From positions 16,182,001 through 16,246,000 of the forward strand of contig JAQFVV010000005.1 in assembly GCA_028023455.1 (NCBI GenBank): a stretch of 64,000 bases of DNA. The letters are read 5' to 3'. The stretch is from Epiperipatus broadwayi. Its lineage: Eukaryota; Animalia; Onychophora. Positions 49,817 through 64,000 of this stretch are shown here, piece after piece (within the stretch, counting starts at the first letter, position 1; each line of letters begins with the position of its first letter). A program made the position numbers and the translations under genes. A model generated the notes under the pieces. That model searched no databases. It was not told where the DNA came from and worked only from the letters and a program-made list of their open reading frames with translations.

Positions 49817-52800
49817 GATAATACACTTGTGATCTGGAACTATCCTATTTTCTGAAATACTCCAGAAAAACAAAAAACACAAAAGTATATAAACCATAGG
49901 AGATTAGGAAACACATACTTCTCTGTCATCTTTGAGGCCAGCTTTGGAAACAGGTGACATGAAGCTGTGGAGAAAATCAATGGGAAACATATTTTCCCCA
50001 GGGAACTCAATTAAGAAATTAAACAGGTTGCCTGACCTTATTATAATTTTTTAAACCTAAGAAAAAGACTTTAAGGTAGTAGAAAATTATACAATCATAT
50101 GTATCTTAGCTAATATACTGTTTATAATACAGAAATAATACTAATCAGAAATTAACTGCTGTGTTCTATGATAAAATTAGAATATATATTATAAGTAGTG
50201 GTATATATTAAATTATTAAAATTATAAAGCATATTGAATTGCTGGTTTATTGTATTCTCCTCATTGATATTTCAAAATTTTATTTATTTTACTCCTAGAA
50301 ATTTAGGAATTTTCTTATTAGGGAATTAGGAGATAAAACATAGCAGCTACCACTTCCCAGCATCTGATTAACTACATTATTTATATACTGTATTTATTAT
50401 TTCTAGACCACACAATGAGATTTACAAATCTTTAAACACACTATTAAGGTCAAAAATCAATTCAACTAATCTTCATATCAGCCATTATGATAGACAATAT
50501 TTATAAATTAGGTGATTAAGTTTTCATCAGCAATGTAAGAAACTATTTTTAAAAGAACAAGTTTATTTATATCCATAATTTATTATACATACTACATGTT
50601 CCTGAACAATTATTACAGAAACATAGAATATACATTTATTATGTAAACATGTCATATGTTGTAAGCTTGCATTATGTATATGTACTCACACACATAATGG
50701 ATTGTTTTTTTTCCTGTAAGTTCATAAGAAGTTTGAGAACTCAAAATAACAGAGTTTGACCAAAATCAATGAATCATACACTCCAGATTCTGTCATTCTA
50801 TCCCAACCATCATCAAATCATGCATGATCTTACATTAGATTATACTATGTTAAATAATAAATTAAGTTATTAATTGCATAAAGTAATTTAATTAGCATGG
50901 AAATCAATAGTCAATTAATAGTAATTCATAACTTCCTGACAAAATTAAAGGCAAAGATTATCTTTGTTTACATGGATAAAATCTTCATATTTTTGTTCTT
51001 TATTAGAGTAACAATTCATGAAAAATATTTAATTCAACATATAAATATTAGTGGCTAGTGATCTATCTCAATCTATATTTATTTTGAAAATATAGTAGTT
51101 GGCAATGGTAAATCAAATTCAGGAGTTTCATAAATTGGATTAGTTTTTATAAGGGTATACATTATATAAGTTCACACAGATTAATAAAAATCTGTGTTTA
51201 AAATCAAATTAAGTCAATGTTACTCTAGTTTTAAAAAGATAACAAAACTGACTTATTTTACTAAATGTATTTCAAATAAATCTATTGCAAATATTACATT
51301 ACAGGAGAAAACCTTAATTTAATACTAATCCATAAAATTTTGCTCAATTAGCTTGTATTATTATTGATTAAAAATTCTTGGAAAACCAATTTCTTTTTAA
51401 GCTTTGTTTCAGGTTTTGAAAATATAAATTAAATATTTTAGGGGTTAAGATGGCTAAGTATCATATATAAACATGGGTGCTTGTTTAATTAAAGAATTTT
51501 GTTAACATGTGGTCTTGTTAATTAATTAAAAAAAAGTGTTTTGCAAAATTGGGATGGATATAAAAAGGTCAATTCAGAAAATAATTTTGTCTTTGGTTCT
51601 TTTGGTCTTTGCATTTTATTCCTTAACATGAAGAATACTGAACCCCTACTAGCAGCTGAAAGAATCAAAATGTATTGCTAACTGCCACAAATGAACTTCA
51701 CTCCAGCATGAAGCCTGTAATGATTAGGATGTCAAAGCCTGAATTGCTGAATATGATTCAATACTGTGCTGACTATTTTCATATATGCTGTCAAACAGAC
51801 ACACTTCTCAATGGTAAAAGAAAAAAAAATTTATGACAACTCTACCTGGAAACAACCTGATTATGACCAAGAATGCAAACCTATAAATGAAGACTTCACT
51901 AGTAAACAACTAAAGAGCTATATTATTTAAAATTGTATGTATACATATAAATAATTCCACCTTTATAGAAAAATAACCATTGCTTGCCATATTTTGAGCC
52001 TAAAAATAACCTATTTATTTATTGAATTATTTGATAAACTTTCCTTACCAACAAACCAGTTATATTAAAAATTTAATTTAGATGACTTTATATATTTAAT
52101 TTTTATATTAACTTATTTTAGTACTTAGATAAATAAAATTTGATTTTGTCAGTATATTTGATAGCATTTTATGCTTTAAATATATTTTAAATATTTCTAT
52201 TTTAAAAGTACAAGATGCAATTTCTTTTAAAAATTTAGTTGGGCAAAATAGTTTATATTTTTAAATATTCAAGAGACAAAAGAAATCATTTTTACTTAAT
52301 TTTTTTTCATTTTTCTTTCAAGAGGTTTAGAATCACTTCCATGATTGTTAACAATCAAAATTTAATTTTAAAATAATAGACATTTAGATTTATATTATTT
52401 TTTCTCTTAAAGAGAGAGTTTTTTAAATATATATACTCTCTTAAAATGTTCAAAAATCATTAACACAAACCAATATATGTGTGTATCTAATGCAATGTGA
52501 ACATATCATATAAATAATTCAATATGTTGATTTTATTGTGCTTAAATTTGTAGGCAGTTTGCCTTATTTACTTTGTTTGCTTCACACACATCTGAAATTA
52601 AAGATTAGTACATATACATGCATGCATTTTATATAGTGAAAGATCCTATAAATATTTATCTGCCATACTTGAAATTTTGTGTATGTTTATTCACCCCCCT
52701 ATAATTATATTATTCCCACTTGAGGTATTCATGAATGATTTTGTTTTGCTTTGGGTAGAGACATTTCTCCCAGTGAATTATATTTTACTTTGTACTCCAG

Positions 52801-54099
52801 ATAGTTAAGAAGCTATTTATTTATTATGGTTGTATTTTCAAAAGGGGCATCACATATCTGGTGTATAGATCTGAAATTTGTAATGTGGTGTGAACATTTA
52901 ATTTAAGCTTCTTTGGTTTGCTTCAATGCAAAAGTGAATTATATAAGTGTGTACATCCTAACTTGGAACCTTTAACTAATAGAATCATATAAATAACAGA
53001 GTATCTAGTAGTCTTCAGAGATGTTACAGCATTACAATGTAAAGTTTGCTAATAGTAATATTTACGCCTGCCAGATATCAAATGCATTATATGCTAACAT
53101 ACAAAAAGAACAATTACAATTGAAATGTGTTTGTATTTGAACTCTGTTGAACTATTAATAAATTTTGTTTTGTTTATTGTTAGATCTATTTTAGCATTTG
53201 TTTACTGTTGTCTGCTCTGCCAACTGATATTACCAAAGAATATCTTATCACAATCTAGAGGCAATTTTAAATATCTCTGAGTAATGGTACAGCTGTGTAT
53301 GCATTTATACTTAGTATTTCCATCAGTAAATTTTGATATTCTAGGCTATAGATATAGTAGAGCCCTCTGGTGCTGGATATTATTGTGCCTACTGTCTATT
53401 ATATATATGCAATCATATATTCACTCTCTAAATAAACAATGTCATTTTTATTTTTTAAAAAATATCAAATGCATTTAATTAGTTTCTGAACTAACAATAC
53501 TATTCAAAAAAAAATATAAATGAAAAACAAAAAAATGGACTGAAATTCATAAACGTGTTAAATTTTTGTGAATCTCATTATGGTGGCAGCCATTTTTTGC
53601 TAAATGTAATGTTGTCAAATGTCAAACATGATTTTTTATAATCACATTTTCTTAAGGATTTAAACAGAATTCATTAGCATAATTATAAGCACATGTACAA
53701 AAAATTTTCTTTGTATTTTTTTTTTTTTTCAAAGAGTTCTATATACAGTGCTTATTATCCTGTCTTTAGTAAAATATAGTGTAGTACAATGAGAGACAAA
53801 ATCCAAAAAAAGTTGTAAAATCCTTTCAATAAATGAAAAAAAAAATTATTGCTTTAATAAGAAAAAGGATGAAGTCATATTTTGAAATTGGCCATATGTT
53901 TAAAAGTAATGAATCATCGAGCAAAGATATTATAAGGCAAAACTCACTATATATATTGACACACACAACAAGCTAGAATAATCAATGGATGCCAGTATAT
54001 ATATATATATAGTGAGTTTTTCCTATTTTAAGAACAGTTATACACAAACATAAGAGGTGATGAGCAGGCGATATATTATAAGGCAGGAGCAATTTGTGT

Positions 54100-54480
54100 C
54101 ACTGTTCCTTATGTCTCTGGAACAGCTAAAGTTGTAACTAAAGTAAGGAATATTTTTTTGATTTAAATAGAAAAAGCCTAAATCTTTGATTAAATGATAT
54201 GAATCATAAAAATATTCCAAATGACAGTCTTGTATTGTTTCAGAAATCATTTAAGTCTTTATGAAAAATTTAGCCAAGAATTTGAATCATACAATTTCAA
54301 ACTACTCACTGCAAATAATGGGATGTTTGTATAGATTCTAGTCTTAAAAAATATTGAAATAATTGGTGAAGCCACATCTACCAATAATGAAGAATTACAT
54401 TTTCATTAAGAATTTTAAAAAAATATTGGAGAAAAAATGTCCAGAAAAGATATTTAATTGTGATGAAACCTAAATGTGAA
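54100..54480 (+). mobile_element. Tigger/pogo transposase remnant
   Basis: LKNIEIIGEATSTNNEE, followed by a decayed IFNCDET-like motif. Confidence 0.6.
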
Positions 54481-56344
54481 CAAGTGAACACACAATGTTG
54501 TAAATATATATATGTGTGTAAATATGCTTTTATTAGTTAAAATTTTTGTTTATATTAAAATCTTAATTTATGTATGCATATTATATACATAAAGCATCTG
54601 TTATATACATATTGAAAAGAACTGCATGTATCCTTACGATACAATAAACAATATTGTATTATAATCAAGGCCTGTCAATAAAACATTAGCTATTCTATGC
54701 AATATACATTATCCATGAGGGGCCTGGAACAAAATATAATGTGTATCATGGTTCTGCTGTATTAATGAAAGAGGTTTGAATTCAAGTTTAGAAAGTATCT
54801 TTGCTTTTATGACATGCCTGTTCATTTAAATGATTCCTTCTTTATTACTTTAATTCTTGCTTCTAAGAGCAATTCTATTCATCCTGCTTCACAACTATCT
54901 GCTGCTCGCTTGAGTAATAAATGGACATTATATGACCCTAAAATAGGATAAAGATAACTACTATTGAAAGTATGTGTTAAAAGAAAATTGAGAAAGTAAT
55001 GTAATATTTTATTGGGATTTTAATTTATTTTATGGAATTGTTCAAAATTATTTGTGGATAAATCTAGTTACTATTTAGTAAGTGTGACCTCATTCAAAAG
55101 TTCCCTTAAAAATTTGTGAATGGTTTATTGGTCAGAAGTTTATAAAAGGTTTGAACACTGAAAGTAATAGACCTGGCCTGAATCCTTATTTATTGATTTT
55201 CCACAATCTAGTGATTATAGTTAAGGGACATTCTTAGATAATTATTATTTTAATTTAAGAATAGATGGATACTACATTTATAGATCAAACCTCAGTTAAT
55301 AATTCTGTTGATAAAATAATCTCCTAAAATCTTCTGTGCTCTCCAAAAAAAAAAAAAATCAAGTAACATTAAATGATCATAAAATAGCAGTCACAAAATT
55401 TTATAGAATGATTTCCCATAGGGTTCAGTTCTCCCACCTATTTTATTTAACATATTCATGCCTTGCATGTTTTAATAAAGCAGCAGTCTGTGAAACTTAA
55501 GGTCCTTCAATTGCAGTTTTACTCTATTATTTCTAATGCTTGATTTTTTTATGAATTCATGAGAAATAAACCATTCAATTATTATTATTACAATATTTTC
55601 ATAAATGATCTTTAAGAAACAGATTGTAGAAAAGTTATCTATGTTGATTACTTTGCTTTATCTTTGCAAAAGAAATGTTTTCCAGAATTAAAAAAGTCTT
55701 TTAATAAGGATATGAAAAGTTAAATTATTTTCCAAGATGGACATCTTATTTATAATCAAATGTTCAACTTTTCATCTAAACATCATAAAAACAGCTAATA
55801 AACTAGATATAATCTTCCACATGCATAGGTTGAAACATATCTTATTTCACTCATCTATCAAAGGTTAGATCTAAAATAACAAAACAACCTTCTTAAATAA
55901 GTGGCTGACATTATTTGGATTATGGTGTAAATCCTCCAAAGATGGCTTCTTTAATACTAGCATATCTTACTAATGTATAGTGGGTTCCTGTTTGGAGAAC
56001 ATATTACTATTATACCCAAATCGATCTTCTTATAGCATATTCTATACTTTTGCATAATGTCTATTTACCATATTAGCACATTTTATTGAGAAGATTAAAA
56101 TGGAATTTAGTGAACCAATAAATTTTCAAATGGTTGATTTAGAAAAACTGATTTAAAAAACATTTGGCAAAGAGGAAGATAGAGCAATAAATAATACGAT
56201 GAATACAACAGAGAAAATGAATTTTAAAAAACCTTATTACTTTATTATGCATTATTACTATGCAATGAAAAAGACCCATCAGTAATGAAAATAAATATGT
56301 AAAAAATGAAGGAATGATCTCAACAGATCTTCTGACCACAGCTA

Positions 56345-56945
56345 TCTCAGAATGATTAAAACAATGGTAAATGATTAGATGTCATATGTTGGACTATTTC
56401 CATCATCTATGAGTGAATGTTGAATGTATAAAAAATTTTAAACTTTATTTAAACTTCCCAAATACAAACAACTTGTTAGTAATAACACACAAATAGACAA
56501 CACAGGTTAATAATTATACATTAAAAAAATTTGAAGGACTCCGGAGGATTTGAACCAAACCTCATATATAAATATATCAAATTTCTACTATATGTTGCTT
56601 TGACAAAATAGCTCAGTTGGTTAGAGCATTTGCCTTAAATTTGATATTCAAGAATCTAAAGGTGCGAGTTCAACTTCTAAGCAAATATTGTCACTGTGCA
56701 TATAAGCCAGCAACACCTGAAGAAGAGTGGAGAATAATACTACTCGAAACATTATAATTATATAGTGCAATTATTAACCTGTGTTGTCTATTTGTGTGCT
56801 ATTACTAACAATTTGTTAGTATTTGGAAAGTTTAAATAAAGTTGAAAATTTTCTTTACATTCAACATTCACTCATAGATCATGGAAATAATCCAACATAT
56901 CACATCTAATAATATACCATCATCACAAACCTTCAGACAAATAAT
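56345..56945. mobile_element. Family T head-to-head pair
   Basis: About 160-bp inverted arms (56357-56520 and 56762-56920). A box TAGCTCAGTTGG at 56609-56620, B-box-like GAGTTCAACT at 56666-56675, HHR core CTGAAGA at 56717-56723 and GAAAC at 56746-56750. An opposite-strand B box GGTTCAAATCC lies near 56545-56556. Confidence 0.7.
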
Positions 56946-57559
56946 GGCAAATGATATCTGTAAAGTTTAGAATAATTAACATTGCCTTCGTTCTTGACTT
57001 TTACTACTTTAACTAATACTATATGTTTAATAATAATAATTTTATTTATTTATTAAATAATATGCATAAAATAAAATAACTCTAAAGAAGAAGATATTTG
57101 TGTGAGGAGCTATTCATAAGGATCATTAAATTTCAAAATAATTACAAAAAAGATATGAATATATACACATTAATCATGTGCAAGTCATACAGTGAATAAA
57201 TTTAGTAACATTAATACAAAACAATAAATTATGAATATAGGAAATAGCTGTCAGAATTAATTACACAAGAAAACATAAGTATATACATTAATCATCAAAT
57301 GTTACAACAATAATAAATAAAAAATTGTTACATGTAATACAATAACCAAAGTTTCAAACATTTTCTAAATACACAAAATTGTATGTGGCCAACATCTATT
57401 GAATAGACAGCAACAAAATAATTAAACAATTGGGCATCATTTTAATTAAATTGTCTTATGATTACTTTCCAAATTTAAATCTGGCAATAATAATAAGAAT
57501 AATGATGATGATGATAATAATACCCAAACATTATATTAATCAACACTTTAGAAGCATGG

Positions 57560-59000
57560 CAGTATGATATGCATGGCAGACATGATAGGATTTTGTTTGC
57601 AGCAGAAAATGAAAGTCTGATAGATATAAATGAAATAGATAATGAAAAGATTGTAAAAGAAGTGTATAAGAGAAAGTTTGCCAAAGCTCAGAAAATTAAT
57701 AAGATCCCATTTGAATTGTGGAAGGCTATGAAAAAGATATAATGTAATTTATAACTCAGAAGCCAGTAGATTTTCTCAACATTAAAGAATTCAACGCAGA
57801 ATAGGCATAATACAGCAAAATGTAATAATTTTATTAGTTTCATTTTCTTTTCTTTTAAGTGTTGTTGAAAATTTTAAATAAATGACTTTTTAATAATCAG
57901 ATATTATTGTGAACAAATCTTAAGATTACCTTTACTAAAGGACTTCTCCAAACTATAAAGCAATGCAGTATAACTGACTAATAAATCAACAATAATGTAA
58001 ATAAACAGTTAATGACACAATCAGATCAATTAAATAACTAAATCAGTAAATTCAATAGTTCATAGTAAGGTAGGGGAACTATCTATAAAACTAGAAATCA
58101 TTTTATAGAGAAGCAAGAGTAAATGAACCATGTTCAGAACAGTAATTGATGTCTGGAATTATTCTAACCATTATTTGCAGAATGCAGACAGGCGGGCTCA
58201 ATTTTGGAGCCTATGGTGGCAAATAATATTAAACTTTTCATGAAATAAACCCAACATATTTGGAAATGTTAGATTTATTTAAAAAAAGTCACGATATTTC
58301 TCCAAACTGCTGATTGTTATTGGACATAATTAAACATTCGTAATTTTGCCAACTATAATGTGTGGTGAACTCATGTTGTCATTATATTACTGTAAATAGA
58401 TACAATAAATGTTTTAATATTATTTTAGTTGTATCTCATTTATTACCTAGAAAACATTATTTTTCAGGAATGAAAACAGTATACATAATAAGCATACTTT
58501 TATAGGAAGAGCAGTTTGGATATTTAGAAAAAGAAGAAATACAAAAAAAATGTGACAAAAATAATCAAAACAATTCAATGAATATCTACAAAAAAAAAAA
58601 AAAATCAGGATAAAATACATTTTATTGATATTGAAAGAGTTTTTGACAAGTAGAATTGTATTACTTTAAAGGATATTCTAAAGCAAAATATTATTACAAA
58701 AATGATTGTTAACTAATCCAGAAGAAAAAAAACCAAGATGTTTGTATGATTAAATGGATATCTTTCAGTGTAAATAATGACTTTCTTTTGTTTGCCTTAA
58801 CACTTAATCAGATGAGATGATATGAGTGATATATTGATAAGAATAGTTAATATTGAGCTGACACCTTGGTGTTGATATGACAGTGTTTGCTGATAATGAG
58901 AAGGAGCAAAATTCTAAGTGGGATAAATAGAATTTGTAATACCTATGGGACCAGAATAAATGCAATGGAAACTAAAGTAATGAAAATAGATGAAATGAAT
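57560..59000 (+). mobile_element. Fragmented LINE RT remnant
   Basis: KIPFELWKAM, EEQFG and FIDIERVFDK motifs with many disruptions. Confidence 0.6.
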
Positions 59001-59899
59001 GTAACAGCTAAAGAAAATCTTATACAGCTAGTTGGTATTTATATATACATATAAAATATTGCTTTTAAACTGATTATATGACATAATGACAATTGTAATG
59101 ATGATGATTACAGTGAATACAGTGCTTAATAAGGATCACTAACTTATCTTGTAGCTCTTTGAAAACTCATTAAAAAAATTATTGTAACATATCTTGTTTG
59201 AAGTATTATTTTATATACTGCAGAAAAGTAAAAAAATCCATTAGTCTAAACATATAATTTTACAGGAGATCAGATAAGAGATGTTGAAAAATCAAGGTTA
59301 GAAATATTATATTGAAAAAAAGAAAAAAAAAAAGTTCGTTGGTTAAGAAATCAGGAGGGACAAAAAGAAACTGACTTGGACATATGCTTAGAAATAACAA
59401 AAAAAAACAAACAAACTATGAAGTAGCGTGGAGAATGGAAAGAGAAAAGAAATTTACATATGACTAAGAAAATAAGTGAATTTCTGAAAGCAAAAGCAAA
59501 TAAAAAAGTGTAAAAGGAATGGATCTACGTTGATGTGATAAACGTATCTTTTAGCAGGAAATTAATAGTAATGATGATGATGATGACTTTATAACTTTTT
59601 AAGGACGCTATATATTTTCAGTTATAAAGAAAATAGTGAGGATTACAATATTTCAAACGCATCGAAAATAAAAATATCTATTTAATAATTTATATTTAAA
59701 CAAATTCATGTAGTCTCCAATAAGTGTGCCTCTGGTAAACTCATTTTTATTTGATAACGTTTTTACATAAAAAATAATATTGAATATTTTTATTTAATTT
59801 TTCTTTCAATAACTTTTTAAATTACCTGATAGGGAGCCATCTTTTAGTAAAATAATGAACTATTTCTAGATTTCTGATTTTGAGTTATTATACATTATT

Positions 59900-60250
59900 T
59901 ATTACTATTGCTAACTGCGGCTAATAAAGAAATTCGAAAAACATTAATACAACCCATTATAACACATTCCAGTTTTGAGATGTTTGCAATTTTCATATAA
60001 AGATTCTTGATGTCAGAATTTGAACAAAAGCGGCGGCATGTAGAGATGATAACAATGGATGAATTTTTATATAAAATGAAAAAAAATAAACCGAACGCCG
60101 ATAAACATAGATAAATAAATATGATTTTATATATATAAGCAATATCATTATCATTAATAAAAGCCACTGTTAATGAATACGGCCATACTAACTACAGAAA
60201 AAAAAAAGAGATAAAAACAAAAAAGAATTAAAAAGTGAGTTTTATGACGA
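59900..60250 (+). mobile_element. RTE/RTE-X-like post-RT fragment (similar fragments at about 27100-27320 (+) and 61300-61560 (-))
   Basis: KTLIQPIITHSS; on the minus strand near 61500, VLIPNLLYGSETWIL. Confidence 0.55.
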
Positions 60251-63200
60251 CGATCCAACCATTCTACAAACCTATAATGCATCCCCATATACAACATAAT
60301 AGCCTTTTAATTTCATTAATAACCTTTTACTTTCATTAATTTGACATTTTAAGATGCTATTTTTTAATTCATAGGCTTACAATTCCCAGAAATATAGAGC
60401 AGAAAAAAGGGACACCACAAATTCGAAGTGTATAATTTTTTCCTGTTGTTTATTAATATTTACTAAGGCTGTAACCTCAGGAATTGCACATAAAAATGCG
60501 ATAGTAGGGACCTCTACAGGTCTTAACCACAAGCTTACATTTTGGAAGAAAAGAGGGGAACTCAAGGGGAATCCTTCCTTATCTGAGAGCATGAAGCTAT
60601 TCAATACTTCACTGATTAAGTCCACATTTCTTGTAATTTTAATTATACAAATAAATTAAAATACACTAGATGAAACACATGATATTGGAAACTGGAAGTC
60701 CAAATGCATCTTTAACATGTCAGTGATATTTGGCTTTTCTAAACTAGTATTTATTTACAATTATATTTTGTTTTAAACATGGAAACAAAATATTTAAAAC
60801 ACATCCAAGCTAACATCAGAATAGAAGGACATGGAATGATATTGCATGCACAAATGGCTTTATATAGAACCCAAGACTATGTGTTTTAATTATCCTGCTG
60901 ACAAAACACAACATACAATTAAACTATTGCACAATTAAAATTTATGATATATTTTAATATGCTACAAAATGAAATTATGCACCATAAATAAATAAAATTG
61001 CAAACTTCACACACTAGACAACAGCATGAAATAAAACACTTATTAAAAAATAAATCCTATCAGTTAATGTGATAATGAAAGAAGGTTTTCATAAAAATGG
61101 AATACTTTGTTGTCCCATTTCTTACATATGAGACATCAAGGCAAAGATTCTAATGGAAGCATTGTCCTGGTTGAAATGAGGGTGATGGAATTTTTATATT
61201 GATCTCCAAAGAGAATTATTTCTGCAAATCTTTATAATATTTTTAGCTACCTTTACAACATAAACAGTCTGTTTCAAACTGTAAACATCGTATATAAGTT
61301 TACTGCAGGAAGACTGATGTACTTCATTTGCTTTGAATGCCTGATCCAATGGTGATGCATTCTTATAATAATAAATTATATATCACCACATTCAGAAAAC
61401 TGAAAAACATTCTGACTGATCATGAAAGTGCTTCCAGAATTACAAAGCATCATTAAATTATTTTTTCCAGTGTCTTATATTTTATGTTAAGAATCCATGT
61501 TTCACTTCCATACAATAAATTTGGTATTAATACCACCACCATATACAACAAATTTAATTTAAAAGAATTGAATACAATTGGATCACCTAATCCACTCTTT
61601 CAAAACTTGAAGATTCAGTAGTGTGATTTGAAAAATATTAAATAAAAAAGCTAGGAAATTATTAGACCTTTCAAATATATATTTCTCTAAACAATATAGC
61701 AACAGCTATTTTCTTATTTTGAGTATTAAGTCATATTGATACAATCACAGTAGATAATATTGACACTTCTGATAGTACATTTGTTACAATGAATTTGAAT
61801 ACTAAATTCTACTTAAAATGGGCTATAAAATTAAGGATAGTAGCAATCCTGCTAAATCTAAAACAAATTTGAAACAACTTTTTCAAATATGAAAATGAAA
61901 ATGATTTAATTTTGGGGGGGGGAAACCCTCCTATACTGAAGTTGACCAGATACTCAATAAGATTTAAAAAACCATGCTTAGTTTATTTCTGCTTCTAAAA
62001 CTCCTGAAGTTACATCCACAGTAAGTATTTAATGAAGAGTACAAAAATATTGGTGGTAGGTATAAACAAAAAGAATGTTCCTACCGGATTAATATATTAT
62101 GCTACAAAAGTTGAATCTATATGAAAATTTTAGCTAAAGATTTATTAAAAAGATAACATTAAATCATTTATCACATGTACAGCACAGTTGTATAGATTCA
62201 CAAATTAAAATAAAAATGAAACATTTCACTGTTTTTTTTAAGACTTGGTAGAATTGCTGCTGTCATTTACTTGGCACTTTGAGCATTATGAAATAAAATT
62301 TTAATTTTTTAAACCTCTCAATTGACCTCAGTAGGGAGACCCTGGGGTTTGTGATGGGACTACTGAGATTCAGCTTTAACTCATTTTCTTGCAATTGTCT
62401 TTAGTGTTATTTTGATAATTTTGCACTCATTTGACAGTAAAAAATGAAACTAAAATAATATGGATTTACTAATTCAAAACTAAATCTCAAGATGTCACTA
62501 CTATACAGAGATTCTTGACTTCATTTAAGAAGAAGCTACAGTACATCCCATCACATCACATTACAAATGTGCTTACAATAACCATACAATAATGCTGAGT
62601 GGTAGTTTCTAGTTCTCTCTGCATGAAAGTGCTTGAGAGAGTCTTTGGGCACATTTAATCTTTGTTAGATTTTAAAAATTAAAACATATTTTTCATAATT
62701 TTATTACATATTTATGATTATTTTTCAAAATATTTGTGTACTCTTTATATTTTTTAGAAAAATAATGTGATTAGATTCTGATTTTATTAAAAAATAATTA
62801 CTTTTAGAAAAAGGCAAGTCAAAGGAAATCAATAATATATGTCCATTTGAATGAGTTCACATCCATATTGACCACAGCAGATTTATTTTTGTCATTTATT
62901 TAAGTTAATACAATTTTAATTTTTTTAATCTAGTATTTTAGTCAATAATGTGGTAATCTTTCAATAAAAAGGTTATTGTTCTTATTATGTGTTTCTGTTT
63001 AATATTTCTTTTTCTATATTTGCAAAGTTAAATAATATTTTTAAAAATAATTTTCACTTGTAAACATATATTTCTAAAAAATAATTCAAAATTTCTGAAA
63101 AATATAATAAAAACTAAAAGTAAATTTGATGAAATAAAAAGTTGGAAATTTAATCCAATTACCAATAGGAATTCTCAAAAAGCTTCAAACAATAATTCAG

Positions 63201-64000
63201 AATATAAATGCTTCATTCACAATATCATAACAAAATGGCCATAACTATTGTTACAGGTAGGTGACATGAAATTAAAAAAAATGATATCATATAGACTTCT
63301 GAATGTTATCACCAATTTTCCATCACAAGAAGAATAAAAAACAGGAAGATGTATTTTTATTTTGAAAAAGTGATCAAATAAACACATTCTCATATGTATT
63401 CATAGTCCATATATGTAAATGTTATCAAAAATGAAAATTAATGAAGTTCATTAAGCTAATTTTTTTCAAATAAATTATAAAATAACAACAATAACAAATT
63501 AACGCATAAATGAATAAAATAGAATAAAATTATGATAGATTCACTAAAATTTCAAAAAAATTGACTATATAACATAACAATATACAGAATAATTAAAATA
63601 TACCCAATACAACTTTATGTATATTAGCTTATAGAATTTCCCCGTCATTTTTAATTGACAAGTTATTAACTAAATTCATTGATTTAAATATTCATACAAT
63701 TATTTAAGTTATGCTTAATATAATTCTATAAAAAATATTAAACCTTTAAATCATATTAAAGATCAAAAAAAGACAAATATATGAAACAAATTATATTAAG
63801 CAAAACTTGAATAATTGTATGAATATTTATAAAATTTCAATAAAATGAATGGAAAATTGTATAAGAAATATAAATATTGGATATGTTTTATTTATTCTAT
63901 ATATTGTTATGTTATATAGTCAATTCTTTGAAATTTTACTGAATCATAGAATACTTGGTTAATGTTAAAATAGATGTTTAATATTTGAAGAGGGCACAAA

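Larger units (their letters stand above)
46511..50340 (+). mobile_element. Degraded Ty3/Gypsy LTR retrotransposon with an internal deletion
   Basis: Diverged direct repeats at 46511-47289 (TG...ACA) and about 49553-50340. PBS-like AATTGGCACAG near 47297. Gag-like 47640-47850, protease-like LLGQVKIP, RT-like KVEEKIQELVNKGILIPIKTSD*AMPIVVITKPNGQI and CSWLPFSF. No integrase seen; TSD not preserved. Confidence 0.8.

Noticed and set aside
56600-56680. Possible tRNA gene
   Set aside because: No complete cloverleaf, and it is part of a multi-copy repeat.
930-60625. Most ORFs of 60-110 aa in the supplied track
   Set aside because: Low-complexity translations of AT-rich DNA, or antisense and partial frames of TEs; many start at non-ATG codons.
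45414-64000. Expected upstream zinc-finger exon(s) of the Noc2-like gene (WLCKIC motif)
   Set aside because: Not found by eye; probably beyond the window, though I may have missed them.

Overview
Very AT-rich, CpG-depleted eukaryotic DNA, probably from an arthropod (inference). It is mostly intron and intergenic sequence filled with decayed transposons, and nearly all ORFs in the supplied track are spurious or TE remnants. The only host gene I can support is the 3' end of a minus-strand Rab-effector gene of the rabphilin/Noc2 family. It has an SGAWFF exon at 45239-45413 spliced in phase to an apparent terminal exon at 37498-37637, and I found no C2-domain exons, so it looks Noc2/RPH3AL-like. 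TEs include an old CR1/L2-type LINE, a nested Gypsy LTR element, RTE fragments, hAT and Tigger-like DNA elements, tRNA-derived SINEs and Penelope-like (PLE) remnants. The most striking signal is a dense set of type I hammerhead-ribozyme (HHR) motifs, about 9 with intact cores and at least 10 decayed, in at least four unrelated small repeat families. These comprise two tandem dimers with one HHR per unit (381-nt and 445-nt monomers, retrozyme-like), a fold-back family that looks like a MITE but has 12-15 bp TSDs and an HHR in its loop, and a tRNA-head plus HHR chimera found as head-to-head pairs. All motif calls and identities were made by eye, without computation.
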